A stretch of DNA of 64,000 nt. Source: Endomicrobiales bacterium (GTDB taxonomy: Bacteria; Elusimicrobiota; Endomicrobiia; Endomicrobiales; CAWCFT01). The position numbers and the translations under genes are program-made. The DNA lies in the NCBI GenBank assembly GCA_963794945.1, contig CAWCFT010000017.1, positions 1-64,000 on the forward strand, given 5' to 3'. This document shows positions 30,539 through 41,231 of the stretch, piece by piece. How positions within the stretch are numbered: position 1 is the first letter of the stretch; each line of letters starts with the position of its first letter. Below the pieces are notes generated by a model. The model was not told the DNA's origin. It made no database searches and was given only the letters and a program-made list of their open reading frames with translations.

Positions 30539-31633
30539 TTATATTAAGTTTTCAATGCTTTTTTGACATTCTGAAACTTTCGGAATTTCTTGAAAATTAG
30601 CAGATTGTCTAAAAGTTGTCCTGTTTGATTCCTGCGAATGAATAGACAGCTTGTTAAGCTGATTAATCTCTTCTTTCTGAAAATCAGGCGACAGATGCGT
30701 GTAATGTTTCTCTGTCATCACAATCGTTGCGTGTCCTAACCACCTGCTGACCGTGTGAATGTTTACGCCGCCCATAACCAGATAACTCGCAAAAGTATGC
30801 CTGAGATCGTGGTACCTGAAATCTCTTATCTTTAGCCGTTTACAGGCTCTAATAAACCGATGAGAGATATATTCAGGGCTATACTCCGGCATAACTTTGC
30901 TTTGCGGATCTTTGCCTGAACCATAAAGCATTGTAAGCAGATTGAATGTAACATCATTCATTGGGATATGTCTTGATTTGCCTGACTTTGAGGTCGGCAC
31001 AAATATATCCCTTGAACTTAGGTTAATGTCTTCCCATTTCATATTCCTGCTTTCGCTTCTCCGCATTCCGGTATGGAGCGCAATAACATAGTATGGGAAA
31101 ATAACATCGGCTTTTAAATGCTCTTCCAGCTGCCTCAACTCATCCTGTGTCGCAAATCTGATATGAGCGCTCGCTCCACGTTTAAGTTTCACTTCGCATG
31201 CCGGATTGTTGCCGTTGAACCTTCTCCATTGCTTCATCTTATTAAATATCGTCTTAACCAGTGCATGATATTTATCGATGGTCGCTGAAGAAAGCCCTTT
31301 TTCCTGCAACTTGTTTCGCATTAACTGAATATCAAAGGATGTGAAATCGGCAAGTTTCTTATCGCCGAAAAGTCCATTAAGATATTCAATTTTGCCTTTA
31401 TCATCTTGCCATGCATTTTTATTCGGTCTTGAATGGTTATCAAAGAACAATTGCGCAGCGCTTTTAAAAGTTACACGCTCATCCTGGTTAGGATTAACGT
31501 TAAGCTCTAATCTTTTTTGAGCTTCCGCTTTTAGCGCACTGCTTCTGGACTCGAACCTTTTTCTGTACCGTTTACCAAGGTGCCAGAAATCGTAAGTCCA
31601 TATTTTACTGCCGAGGGGGCGAAGTACAGTCAT
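30539..31633 (-). CDS. int: Tyrosine recombinase / integrase (element 2)
   Basis: HTGMRRSE, YHDLRHTFAS, LGHA...HY; colinear with 12748-13851. Confidence 0.95.
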   Translation of the reverse strand: MTVLRPLGSKIWTYDFWHLGKRYRKRFESRSSALKAEAQKRLELNVNPNQDERVTFKSAAQLFFDNHSRPNKNAWQDDKGKIEYLNGLFGDKKLADFTSFDIQLMRNKLQEKGLSSATIDKYHALVKTIFNKMKQWRRFNGNNPACEVKLKRGASAHIRFATQDELRQLEEHLKADVIFPYYVIALHTGMRRSESRNMKWEDINLSSRDIFVPTSKSGKSRHIPMNDVTFNLLTMLYGSGKDPQSKVMPEYSPEYISHRFIRACKRLKIRDFRYHDLRHTFASYLVMGGVNIHTVSRWLGHATIVMTEKHYTHLSPDFQKEEINQLNKLSIHSQESNRTTFRQSANFQEIPKVSECQKSIENLI

Positions 31634-31869
31634 TTTGACTCCTCGCCCTCAACCTTTGCGGGTTTATTATACAAAATTTGTGAACCAAAAGGAATATGCG
31701 TTCTCTCCTGGACCCACGACTCTATGAGGTCATCACGAAAACGAAGCCTGTTCCCAATCTTGGTATAAGGGATTCTTTTCGTATAGACAAGATCGTAAAC
31801 GCTCTTTTTTGTTACACTTAATAATTTCGATAATTCGTCAATTGTTAAAAGTTGCATGTCAATTTTCAT
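31630..31869 (-). CDS. xis: Excisionase-like HTH protein
   Basis: LLTIDELSKLLSV...IPYTKIGNRLRF. Confidence 0.88.
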   Translation of the reverse strand: MKIDMQLLTIDELSKLLSVTKKSVYDLVYTKRIPYTKIGNRLRFRDDLIESWVQERTHIPFGSQILYNKPAKVEGEESK

Positions 31870-31872
31870 TCC

Positions 31873-33723
31873 TTAGATGTCAAATATAGTCCCGAGTTCC
31901 CGCCCACACTGAACATCCTTTATTTCCGGCTTTCTGGCCGGAAGTTCCTTGGCCTGTTCTTTATCCGGGAACACGATCCCTTTCAAAACCTCATTCGGGT
32001 ATCCCAAATACCGCAATTGAACCAACCCATGCCTTGAAGGCGTCCTATATGCCGCATAGCCGGTATTCAAGTGGCGTAATTCCTGCGGATTGATGTGATA
32101 CACATCAACAACTTTCTCGCTTCCCATTTCCGCGCCCTCTATGGCGCCGCTTAAAGCAACCTGTCGCGTAGTTTCAATGCCGCGATAGGTTCCTACCTCG
32201 TTGCAGAAATCTTCCGCGTCATCATGATTTGCCTGTAATACTATGTGCGTCTTCGTGTTTGTCTTGATCTGCATATCATGCTGCGGGCTTATAGCGCTTA
32301 AGTCGGCATTGCTCTGGTGCGCTATCGTAACCATGAACTTTGCTGACCTTCCCTGCGAAAGCGTCAATGCAAACGCTTCTGTACCAAACGCGCCGTATTC
32401 ATCAATATATACCCCAAACCCTTCCCGTTCATCGCTGTTCTGTTTCATCCCGTTAAGCGTGTTTAAATCGCCTGTAATGATCCGCCCTAATCGTTTACCG
32501 GTTTCACCACAGATGAGCATGTTCAGGGCAAAATATACGATCTTCTTTTTATCGTACGCCTCAAGCAGATTGATCTCCCCGGAATTGAAAAGACGGCTGA
32601 ACCTAGTGTTCATCAATAAACTGATCTCGGCCTGTATCCCGAGAATATTCTTTTTGTGCTCATCATAGAATGCCAAAAACTTTGGGAACTCATCTGTAGG
32701 CTTATTCAATGCTTCACATAAGGCGCCTAGCGTAACAATTCCTCTGCGTTCTAACAGTTCATCAAACAGTATCTGTAACCCGCTTTCACACTCCCGCTTA
32801 TAGTGCGGCTCAGTAAAATCCATCGCCCCGATTATCTTATCTTTTAACTGTGTCGCGTTGCCTAACGCAAGCGGGTTATAGGTGTTTGATTTCTCAGGGT
32901 TGCTCATTGAAAACATCAGGAAATCTTCTTTACGGCCCGCGTCAACCGCCATCTTATACATCGTCCGCGCGGTAGTTATATCCCCTTTCGCGTCAACAAA
33001 CACTATCCCCCTGCCCCTTTCCATATCCTGCTGGATCATAGGCAGTATCAATGACGACGTTTTCCCGCTCCCCGTCCCGCCAAGTATCTGTACATGTCGC
33101 AGCCGTTCTTCATCCGTTATTATCGCTGGTTTACGGTATTTGAAGTCATAGCCTAGAAACGTGAACCCGTATCCATTTCCCTTTGCTTCTTTCACCGCCT
33201 TCTTATATACCTTTCCCATATTTATTTCCTTTGGAACTGTGTTCCTGTACCGCTTGAGCTGGTCTTCAAACCTGTTGGGCCTGTTAAAAAATACAAAATA
33301 TATGAACCCCGCCTGCGGTAACGGGTTCGAGATCAAAAGCCATAACAGCCTGTACGGCCTTTTAAAATCTATCTTGCCCCATAACAAGAGCGATACATCC
33401 TTCTGCATTTTTTTCAAGGCTCTTGTAGCCCCGGGAAATGAGCTCAGCACAGTTTTATTCTTTTGGGCATACCAGGTGATTAGCTTGTAATGATCTATTG
33501 CCACTGCTCCCCAAAAACCAATATACGGAACTATGATTAACAACATCAAGAACCCTTGAGCTGAATCATATTTTGCTTTCTGCTGGTTCCTTAAATACCT
33601 GAACACCATAGCCATAGGCCAGGATACCAGGCACAACGGCAGTACAATATATAGGATCACATTACAAACAACCTTAAGCGGCACAACTCCTGAATGAAAG
33701 CCAACTTTGTATTCCTGTGACAT
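31873..33723 (-). CDS. Type IV coupling protein (TraD/TrwB/VirD4-like)
   Basis: N-terminal TM helices; RHVQILGGTGSGKT Walker A, FVDAKGD, YNPL, IDEYG, QGRSA. Confidence 0.88.
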   Translation of the reverse strand: MSQEYKVGFHSGVVPLKVVCNVILYIVLPLCLVSWPMAMVFRYLRNQQKAKYDSAQGFLMLLIIVPYIGFWGAVAIDHYKLITWYAQKNKTVLSSFPGATRALKKMQKDVSLLLWGKIDFKRPYRLLWLLISNPLPQAGFIYFVFFNRPNRFEDQLKRYRNTVPKEINMGKVYKKAVKEAKGNGYGFTFLGYDFKYRKPAIITDEERLRHVQILGGTGSGKTSSLILPMIQQDMERGRGIVFVDAKGDITTARTMYKMAVDAGRKEDFLMFSMSNPEKSNTYNPLALGNATQLKDKIIGAMDFTEPHYKRECESGLQILFDELLERRGIVTLGALCEALNKPTDEFPKFLAFYDEHKKNILGIQAEISLLMNTRFSRLFNSGEINLLEAYDKKKIVYFALNMLICGETGKRLGRIITGDLNTLNGMKQNSDEREGFGVYIDEYGAFGTEAFALTLSQGRSAKFMVTIAHQSNADLSAISPQHDMQIKTNTKTHIVLQANHDDAEDFCNEVGTYRGIETTRQVALSGAIEGAEMGSEKVVDVYHINPQELRHLNTGYAAYRTPSRHGLVQLRYLGYPNEVLKGIVFPDKEQAKELPARKPEIKDVQCGRELGTIFDI

Positions 33724-34475
33724 CAGCATCCTCCCTGCCCATCAATAAGGCGGGCTTTAAAGATATTTACCTTTTCACCGTTTAAACCCTCGGCAAGAAC
33801 GTTCTCCCGTTTCTTAAGGAACTCCGCAAGGTCAAGAAAGAATACAGGCGTTTGTTTTGTCCCGTATTTCTCCAAAGTCTCAAGTGTCCGCTCTTTGATG
33901 ATCTGCTGGTTATAAAATATCAGTATGGCGTTTAAGTTTGAAGCGGCATAACCGGTAAGATTCCTGGCCACTATGCGCCGCGCCTCCGCGTTCTTGAGCG
34001 TCAGCTCTACCTCTACACCCGCTTTCTTTTCCTCCCCTTTGTTGTTTAAGAATACGAACTCCCCATCGCACACCTTTTGTCTGCCCAAGTCCCTTTTAAG
34101 CCGCGGCTCAGGGATATAATCTATAAGCTTGTCCCCTAATATCTTTTTGATCGTAAGATGCACTTTTATCAGCGAAGTATGATGATGAAAACCCGTGGGC
34201 CGGTAGGCGCAGGGGAAAAACCTTTCCACATGCCGGGCCCCGCCGCTTGCCTCAACGATCTTTTTCATGTCGTCCGGCAAATAATATGCCCTGCTCGGCC
34301 TTAAATGCGTAGAGAATGTCCCTAAAGTTCCTTTGGTAAAAAGATATTGTAAAACGCTGTAGGCATGGCGCGGATTTTCTGTGATCATTGATACTTCATC
34401 AACTGAAAGATACCCGTATTCCGCGGCTAACGTCACGATCTCTTCATGCAGCCTGCTGGTTAATAATTCGCTCAT
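33723..34475 (-). CDS. Replication-relaxation (MobC-like) protein
   Basis: wHTH N-terminus, AYYL, HH motif, CDGEF...GVEVELTLK; coupled to the coupling-protein gene (TGATG). Confidence 0.62.
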   Translation of the reverse strand: MSELLTSRLHEEIVTLAAEYGYLSVDEVSMITENPRHAYSVLQYLFTKGTLGTFSTHLRPSRAYYLPDDMKKIVEASGGARHVERFFPCAYRPTGFHHHTSLIKVHLTIKKILGDKLIDYIPEPRLKRDLGRQKVCDGEFVFLNNKGEEKKAGVEVELTLKNAEARRIVARNLTGYAASNLNAILIFYNQQIIKERTLETLEKYGTKQTPVFFLDLAEFLKKRENVLAEGLNGEKVNIFKARLIDGQGGC

Positions 34476-34647
34476 ATTTTTCTTCCTTTTGCTTTTCTTT
34501 TACTCCTGCTTTTTTCCTTCCTTACTTCTTTGCCTTTCTGTTTCCTGTCCCTTCTTTTATTCTTCTTCCTTTACTTTTTTCTATTCTTTTTTTACTTACT
34601 ACTCTTTACTGCTTTACTTACTTCTACCCCTTACTCCTATTCCCATA

Positions 34648-34755
34648 ACACCACACCCATTTACCTTTACTTCATCTATATTTATATAGATGATGCGGGA
34701 GAGGGGTTTTCGGCCAAAGGCGAAAACCCCTCTCCCGGGTAAATGGGTGTGGTGT
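34648..34755. other. Three-way-junction structured element, element 2
   Basis: 18-bp outer stem 34648-34665/34738-34755, 9-bp hairpin 34672-34693, 17-bp hairpin 34696-34737. Confidence 0.8.
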
Positions 34756-34811
34756 GACGTTGACTCTCCTGAAACATCGACAAAATAATTTTCATAACGT
34801 TTCTATGCCTT

Positions 34812-34997
34812 TTATGAAATAAATACACCCTGCTTAACCTGCCCGGCATTTTGAGCTTCAGTTCCAGTTGCCAGCTCTTTTAATGCCTTCTCCAGGCTCT
34901 TCTTGCGCCTTTTCTTCTCCCCTGACGACTGTTCCAGCTTGTTGATCTGGTTGTCCAGATCACGGACTTCTTTCTTCATGCGTTCTACTAAATCCAT
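34812..34997 (-). CDS. Small coiled-coil protein
   Basis: AAGGAGG RBS; heptad-like 61 aa. Confidence 0.6.
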   Translation of the reverse strand: MDLVERMKKEVRDLDNQINKLEQSSGEKKRRKKSLEKALKELATGTEAQNAGQVKQGVFIS

Positions 34998-35118
34998 GGT
35001 GTGCCTCCTTTTTGGTTTATTTGAGTCTTTCTTTTTGTTTCCGGCTTTGTTTTTTTGCTTTTAATTACCGCTCTTACACTTTATATAATTTATAAGAAGG
35101 GCAAAAAAATATAGCCCC

Positions 35119-35668
35119 CTACTTCGGAGCTTCATAAACATACTGCTCACGGCCTGCCTGCGATACCGATCTCCCTCGCCTCACTAATCCCATCTCGGTT
35201 AGCTTGCTCAGCCGTTCGTTTACTGCCGTAAGGGCTATTCCAAGTTTTTCCTTTAGCTCTATCGCTGTCACCGGCTTAGTGTATTTCCTTATTAAATCAA
35301 ACGTTCTGACTGTTTGCCGGATGCACTTTGCCTACCAACCGCAAATCGTCGTTCTTCCTTTCTATCATTGCCAAGCCTAAGGTACTTAACGATACTTCAA
35401 GCTCCGAATAATTGTCCTTGGTCAAGTTTTCAACAATAAAAAAACGATTATTATACTGACTCGGCAAGTCCAGGATCGTTCTTCCAAAGAAATTGTTTAC
35501 AAAAGAGTAATTAATAGCTTGTACGTCTTTCATATCAATAACCAAAGTATCACCAGGGGATAAAGTTACCAGGGCGGCGGCGATGTCTTTCTGGTAAATC
35601 CTGCCCTGTTCGCCAGTCCATAAATTGGTTTGTTTACTTAGTTTTTGAAGGCTTATTTTCTTTTCCAT
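35119..35668 (-). CDS. STAS-like + wHTH protein, frameshift near 35300
   Basis: Colinear with 15298-15849; alternate frame gives TFDLIRK...ALTAVNERLSKL...QYVYEAPK. Confidence 0.75.
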
Positions 35669-35675
35669 TGCTTAC

Positions 35676-35705
35676 ACTGTAGCACATTTAATAAAGTTCT
35701 GTCAA
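35676..35705 (-). promoter_or_regulatory. Sigma70 promoter, leaderless geometry
   Basis: TTGACA-18bp-TACAGT-7nt-ATG. Confidence 0.7.
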
Positions 35706-35744
35706 GCCCTTTGGGAAAATATTTTGAAAATATTTTTTCAGGGC

Positions 35745-36605
35745 TCAATCATATAAAATTCCCTCAAGAACCTTTGCGTCAAGCTCAAGGACGACATGCA
35801 CCCCGCGTAAAATGGGGCATAAATTCCATTCACGTATTTTATCGATCCGATGCCGAACTTTCCCCTTTCCCGATTGTATCTGAACCGTACCGGAATGATT
35901 TTTCATAACCCTTAAAAGATGATACAGTCCGGTTCCCCTTACCGGGCTATCAAATTCGGAAGTTAGCGCTTTCGTGGCAAAATTTATCGCTTCCAGATCA
36001 GATTTAATCCCTTTATTTTTTATATTCCTTTTCAAGGACACCCGTAGCCCGACACCGCAGTCCGATATTCCTATCTCCAGAAAACTCTTTAACCCTGCTT
36101 TATACACCTGCATTGCGATAAATCCACATATTCCTTGATTATGCTCAAAGATGTTCTGGCAAACCTCGGAAATAACGTTAACTGTATCAATTGCCTCTCT
36201 TCGGGAATAATTAAGTCTGATGCGTAACGTGTTTAGTATCTGATCAAAAAGTTTCGGCAAGGCGTTAATACTTTCGAGCTTCTTTACTTCAATTAAGAAC
36301 CGGTTTAAGCCCTGTAATGCCTGGTAGTACCCGGCCATCTCGACTTCTGCCGGTTCGATTTTAGCCACCTGCCTGATACTCGGGATAAACCCGGCTCGCA
36401 TCAAATACAGGTACTTCTTCTCATTGAGTTTAACGGTTATTTGCTTCCCAAAACTGTGCAGGGAATGGCACAAAGCCGCCAACTGCACCAGTATTGCCGA
36501 AGAAATAAATTCTACCTGTCTAAGGTCGATTTCAACGACTGCTTTTCCGTATGGGTCAAGTTCCTCAATGAATTTATCAAAGGTAATCGGGGTGAGTTTT
36601 AACAT
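35745..36605 (-). CDS. STAS + HATPase_c (RsbW/GHKL-like) protein
   Basis: IDLRQVEFISS; SEVCQNIFEH, DCGVG, RGTGL. Confidence 0.82.
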   Translation of the reverse strand: MLKLTPITFDKFIEELDPYGKAVVEIDLRQVEFISSAILVQLAALCHSLHSFGKQITVKLNEKKYLYLMRAGFIPSIRQVAKIEPAEVEMAGYYQALQGLNRFLIEVKKLESINALPKLFDQILNTLRIRLNYSRREAIDTVNVISEVCQNIFEHNQGICGFIAMQVYKAGLKSFLEIGISDCGVGLRVSLKRNIKNKGIKSDLEAINFATKALTSEFDSPVRGTGLYHLLRVMKNHSGTVQIQSGKGKVRHRIDKIREWNLCPILRGVHVVLELDAKVLEGILYD

Positions 36606-36811
36606 GTTGGATTGTATTTGTAAAGTCGTGTGGCTGTTTTTGACCCTGTGATTGCAACATATTCTTATTATATTCCATCTGGAATAATCAATTACTTTTG
36701 AGAGTCAATTTTGGTTGCAACTTCACATTTTTGTAAGGCAGTATATACAGCGGACAATGTGTTGATAAGCTTGACCGAGTGAGTCTTGGTTGAGTAATTC
36801 ATGGCAATAAT

Positions 36812-37063
36812 TTATCTATAGACCTCTTTTCTATGGGCTATACGTAATATCAAAACACCGTCACCAATTTTAGTAAATATAACGCGGTAGTCACCGATTT
36901 CTATGCGAAAAAGACCCTTGTATTCACCCTTTAATGCTTTGACTTTATTGGTATTGTAGCAAGTGCCAACTTCCAGATCGTCAAGTATCTGCTTTCTGTG
37001 TTTTGGATGAATTCCATCAAGGTCTTTGAATACAGATTTTTTAAATCTTATGTTTTCCTTCAA
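36812..37063 (-). CDS. RelE/ParE-family toxin
   Basis: LKGEYKGLFRIEIGDYRVIF...IAHRKEVYR. Confidence 0.88.
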   Translation of the reverse strand: MKENIRFKKSVFKDLDGIHPKHRKQILDDLEVGTCYNTNKVKALKGEYKGLFRIEIGDYRVIFTKIGDGVLILRIAHRKEVYR

Positions 37064-37280
37064 CTAAGCCTCTCATCTCGCTGGATGTTATTATTTCATC
37101 ATCTTTGTCGTTCAATCTTTCAAGAGCAATTTGGTAATCAACATATTCGTCCATATAAGCTTCTACGGCTTTTCTAATTATAAAGCTCTTGCTTCTCTGC
37201 AACTGCTTTGCCGCTCTTTCAATTTTGTGTTCTAATGTTTCCGGTAATCTTAATCCTATTACAGACATATTTATCACCAC
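37041..37280 (-). CDS. Ribbon-helix-helix (CopG/RelB-like) antitoxin
   Basis: IGLRLPE...RSKSFIIRKAVE; acidic C-terminus; overlaps toxin. Confidence 0.85.
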   Translation of the reverse strand: MVINMSVIGLRLPETLEHKIERAAKQLQRSKSFIIRKAVEAYMDEYVDYQIALERLNDKDDEIITSSEMRGLVEGKHKI

Positions 37281-37304
37281 TCCTTTTTCTAACTTTCCAA
37301 TAAA

Positions 37305-37333
37305 AGTATAACATACAACAACAATGTTGTCAA
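37305..37333 (-). promoter_or_regulatory. TA promoter with palindromic operator
   Basis: TTGACA-17bp-TATACT; ACAACA-A-TGTTGT at 37318-37330. Confidence 0.7.
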
Positions 37334-37776
37334 GTGTTTAACAAACGATGATAGTAATGCTCTTAATCATCATAAGCATTAAATGAGCACGTTTAATAAT
37401 CTTTACCTTCCTTAACTGAACTATAATTTATTTCATGAAATAATTAGAAGGATTCAACATTATTTATTGATAATTCAATGGGAAATGAACAATCGACCAA
37501 GAATTACTTTTTCCTCAATATTCCTTCTTATGAATAGATTATACGATTTTAGTCTTTGATAAGCAAGATGCGTAACTACACAGTACCACCTACCAAACTG
37601 ATTATAGGAAATTAAAAAAAACACCCATTTACATTGTTTAAATTGACATAGAATGGATGTTTTTAATATTTGTGCCTGCAGTCTTTTGTTGTTTTTTTAA
37701 ATATACTTCCCGCAAGCTAACTTTCGAGTTATATTAAGATGTCTATCTTGTAACTTAATCCGAAATTGGACACTAC

Positions 37777-39042
37777 TTATCTACGGCAAATAGATGGGGT
37801 ATCGTCATTGGGATCACTTTTTGGCAGGCTTATAACAAAACTCGTATACTCGCCAGGCTTGCTTTCCACGCTGATACTGCCTTGATGCATGATTAATATT
37901 TGGCTGCACACTGCAAGCCCCAGACCGGTTCCTTTTGCTTTAGTGGTGTAAAAAGGGTCAAAAATCTTCGTTATTTCTGTTTGCTGTATCCCAACTCCGT
38001 TATCTTTTATTACGACCTTTACGCGCCCGTCTTCCAGCAATCCGTTAACATCTATCTTGCCGGATAATGTATTGACGGCGTCAAATGCGTTATTGAAAAC
38101 ATTGACAAACACTTCTTTTAGCTGCAGAGGATCGGCGATGCAGCGCGCACCGCTTAACCGGTCAATGCGCTTTGTTATCGTTACATTTTTCCCTTATTGT
38201 TCGCCCTGGAGTCTTCAATGCATTCATTTAGAATATCCGTTAAGTTTACGCGTTCACAATTTAACTTTTTAATCCTCGAATAATAGAGGAGATTATTGAT
38301 TATATGATTGCTCTCGTCTATTTTCTTAGCAATGTTGTTCAGGTGACTGTCCATACCCGGAGTCGTGGACTTTCTTTTAATATTGTAAGCGGCCAGGCTG
38401 ATTGCGGCAAGAGGGTTCCTTAATTCATGCGCGACAGTTGCAGCAAGTATGCCGATATCTGAAAGCCTCTGAGACCTTTCAAGTTCCAACCTTGCCGCCA
38501 ATAACTCCCGGGTTCTTGTTTCAACAAGTTTTTCTACAGTTGCCTTATCATTTTTAAGCGCTTCCTCAGCCCGTTTACGAATTGTGATGTCGCGTATGTT
38601 GCACTGTATGACTTTTTTGCCGCCTGCCAAATATACATTGCTGACGAATTCTACATTAACATGCCGTCCGTCCGCGGTTTCTAACGGCAAATTCTCATAT
38701 CGAATATATTCCTGCCGCTGCAATTCCAGAAACTTGCCCTTGTTGGCGATAGTATCTTTCAAAAACCCCAGTTGCCAGACCGCCTTGCCCTTTATCTGTT
38801 CAAGCGAATAACCCAGCAGTCTCTCCTAGAAATGGATTCACATCATCGACTATACCCGTTTCTGCGTCAAGGATCAGTATTCCATCTTTCGCAGATTCAA
38901 AAAGCCTACGATAGCGGACCTCCGACACAATCAGCTCCGCTTCCGTCATAATACGCCTGGCGTCAAGCGCTTCCAGAGCCGAAATGCGTCTTTTCAGGAG
39001 ACTTATTTTTTCCACACATTCTTCTTCTGTATTTTTTACCAT
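37777..39042 (-). CDS. PAS-domain sensor histidine kinase, split by two frameshifts
   Basis: RYRRLFESAKDGILILD PAS, AHELRNPL H-box, DNGVG, FDPFYTTK, GTGLGL. Confidence 0.85.
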
Positions 39043-39149
39043 TTTTATACCTTATAAATAATTGAATCTCTTGCAGGTTTTTGGATGATATCTTGCCGTC
39101 AATCCCGATGTTTAAGTCGTGGTTGATGCGCACTTTTTAAATTATCGGC

Positions 39150-40511
39150 TTAACTTAGCGCCGCCAGTTCTCCAACTTTTATGCATACTTCGGGCATTGT
39201 ATCTCTGTATGGTTCAAATATATGTTCGCGGATATGAGGCAGCCTGCGCATATCCACCTCAACAGTTTTTCGTATACCCAGGTTCATGGCGGAATACAAA
39301 AGAGGGTGAGACAGATTGCCGGCAAGCCTTTTTAAAATAGACGATATTTTGCTGAATTCTTTCTTAACCCATATTTCTCCGGATTGAAGTTCATCAGGCG
39401 TCATGTTCCTGGGCTTAAAAACGACTGTTGAATGGTCGTAATATTTCCAGTTCGCGGTTAAAAGACGCTTTTCTTTCTTAAATTGTTCGTAGACCCGCGT
39501 GCCCGCGTACGGGGTTAATATATTTAAAGAAGCAGTTCCTATCTTGTTCCTGTTCAGGAATTCAAGAGTTTCAGGAAAAATCTCTTTTGTGTCGCTGTCA
39601 AAGCCGAAAACAACCGAAGCATGGAAGTGAATGCCTATATCCTTAACCTTCTTGACAGCTTCCTCGATCTTTTCTATTTGTTTTATTGATTTCGGCATCC
39701 TGCTGAGCTGGGTCTCAGATACGCTTTCTACACCGAAGAAAAGGCCGACACAGCCGCTTTCTGCGGCAAGTTTCATCAGCCCTGTATCCTGAACGAAAGA
39801 AATGGAAGACTGCCCTACCCATTTAATCTTGAAAGGTTTTATTGCTTTAAAAAGCGCTTTGGCGTAAACAGGGTCGCCGATAATATTATCGTCAAGGAAT
39901 ATATAGGTTTTGTTATTGTATTGCTCCAATTGCCTGACTATATTTGCAATGGGAATATGCCGGATCTTCTTGCCGTACAATCCGGAAACACAGCAAAATT
40001 CGCAGCTGTAAGGGCATCCGCGTGTTGTCATTAGCGGGATAACGTTGAAAAGTCTATTTTTCGCGGGTTTCCTGTATTTCATGGAGATATACCCGTCTAA
40101 ACAAGGCGATTCATCGTGGTATATCCTTTGCAGTTTGCCTTCCTGAAAATCTATCAGCAGCTTTTCCCACACCGTTTCGCATTCTCCAACCACCACCGCG
40201 TCGCAATACCCAAGGGCTTCTTCGCTGAGCAGCGTCGGATGAACGCCTCCCAGCACAACTTTTTTGCCTCTTTTCCTGAACTCCCCAGAAAGATAATACG
40301 CGCGTGGAGCGTTCGAGGTCATGCAGCTTATGCCAACCAGATCGCAGTCCGCCTCAAGATCAACGTCTTCGATTTCCTCTTCGATTATCTTCACCTCATG
40401 CTGCGGAGGAGTCAGGCCCTCCAATATATGGAGAGCCAACTGCGGTATCATCAGGCCGCTGGGAGTTTTTATTTCCGGGTCTGCGCTGGGTGAAATCAAT
40501 AATATTTTCAT
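39150..40511 (-). CDS. B12-binding radical SAM protein
   Basis: LGGVHPT, TTRGCPYSCEFC, FLDDNI. Confidence 0.92.
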   Translation of the reverse strand: MKILLISPSADPEIKTPSGLMIPQLALHILEGLTPPQHEVKIIEEEIEDVDLEADCDLVGISCMTSNAPRAYYLSGEFRKRGKKVVLGGVHPTLLSEEALGYCDAVVVGECETVWEKLLIDFQEGKLQRIYHDESPCLDGYISMKYRKPAKNRLFNVIPLMTTRGCPYSCEFCCVSGLYGKKIRHIPIANIVRQLEQYNNKTYIFLDDNIIGDPVYAKALFKAIKPFKIKWVGQSSISFVQDTGLMKLAAESGCVGLFFGVESVSETQLSRMPKSIKQIEKIEEAVKKVKDIGIHFHASVVFGFDSDTKEIFPETLEFLNRNKIGTASLNILTPYAGTRVYEQFKKEKRLLTANWKYYDHSTVVFKPRNMTPDELQSGEIWVKKEFSKISSILKRLAGNLSHPLLYSAMNLGIRKTVEVDMRRLPHIREHIFEPYRDTMPEVCIKVGELAALS

Positions 40512-40528
40512 ATTAACCTCTCTTTTGT

Positions 40529-41200
40529 TTAAGCTTTGGCTGCCATCAAATCAAAATGAAATTTTTTATGCGCGTTTCTGACAATATAAAATACCACAAA
40601 ACTCATTACGGCCGCAAAAAAACACCATACGGAAGTTAGGCACCGCGTGTAAAACAAAGCCGAGACAACAAACGACACCCCCATAATTATTCCCAGAATA
40701 CCGGTTCTTTTTATACTTGAAACGAAAAGAGGCGGCAAGGTAGCGGTCAGATACATCAGTAAGGCCAGGGCTGCAAAAGAATTGAAGGCGCCGCTTTGAT
40801 AGATAATATGCCTTCTTGTGATCTCGGCGTGAACATCATAAAACACCAGCCTGAATGAATAGTATAACGCGACAGCCGCTCCCAAAACCAGCAATCCGAA
40901 TAAGATTCTTTTTCGCGTTTCATTTTCTTCCAGCAATAAGACAGAAAGTGGTATCAGGATTGGCCAGATGACCTGAGCCATTATTACAAATATATAAGTG
41001 GAAACCGACTGCAGCAAAGCATACCCCGCATGCCCTATAGACACCCATAAAACACCTTCCGCAAACTGCTGAAAAGCAAAAAATAATGGGATACTGGCTA
41101 AAACTATCTGAGACGGCTTATGAACTTTTCTTAACGTTTCAGTGGCTACAAACGTAAGCAATACACCTGCGGTAAAACTTGCTCCTGCCGAAAAGCACAT
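40529..41200 (-). CDS. Multi-pass membrane protein (DUF6629-like)
   Basis: MCFSAGASF start, QQFAEG, SVWCFFAA. Confidence 0.7.
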   Translation of the reverse strand: MCFSAGASFTAGVLLTFVATETLRKVHKPSQIVLASIPLFFAFQQFAEGVLWVSIGHAGYALLQSVSTYIFVIMAQVIWPILIPLSVLLLEENETRKRILFGLLVLGAAVALYYSFRLVFYDVHAEITRRHIIYQSGAFNSFAALALLMYLTATLPPLFVSSIKRTGILGIIMGVSFVVSALFYTRCLTSVWCFFAAVMSFVVFYIVRNAHKKFHFDLMAAKA

Positions 41201-41231
41201 ATTTGCTCCTTTTTGTCGGTTGGGATCTGAT

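Larger units (their letters stand above)
30489..37333 (-). mobile_element. Integrative mobilizable element 2, minimal extent (may continue past the window end)
   Basis: Same backbone as element 1 plus a coupling protein; no further att copy seen up to 64000. Confidence 0.75.

Noticed and set aside
12748..36605. Prophage or full ICE
   Set aside because: No capsid, terminase, tail, VirB4 or other mating-pair genes in the window
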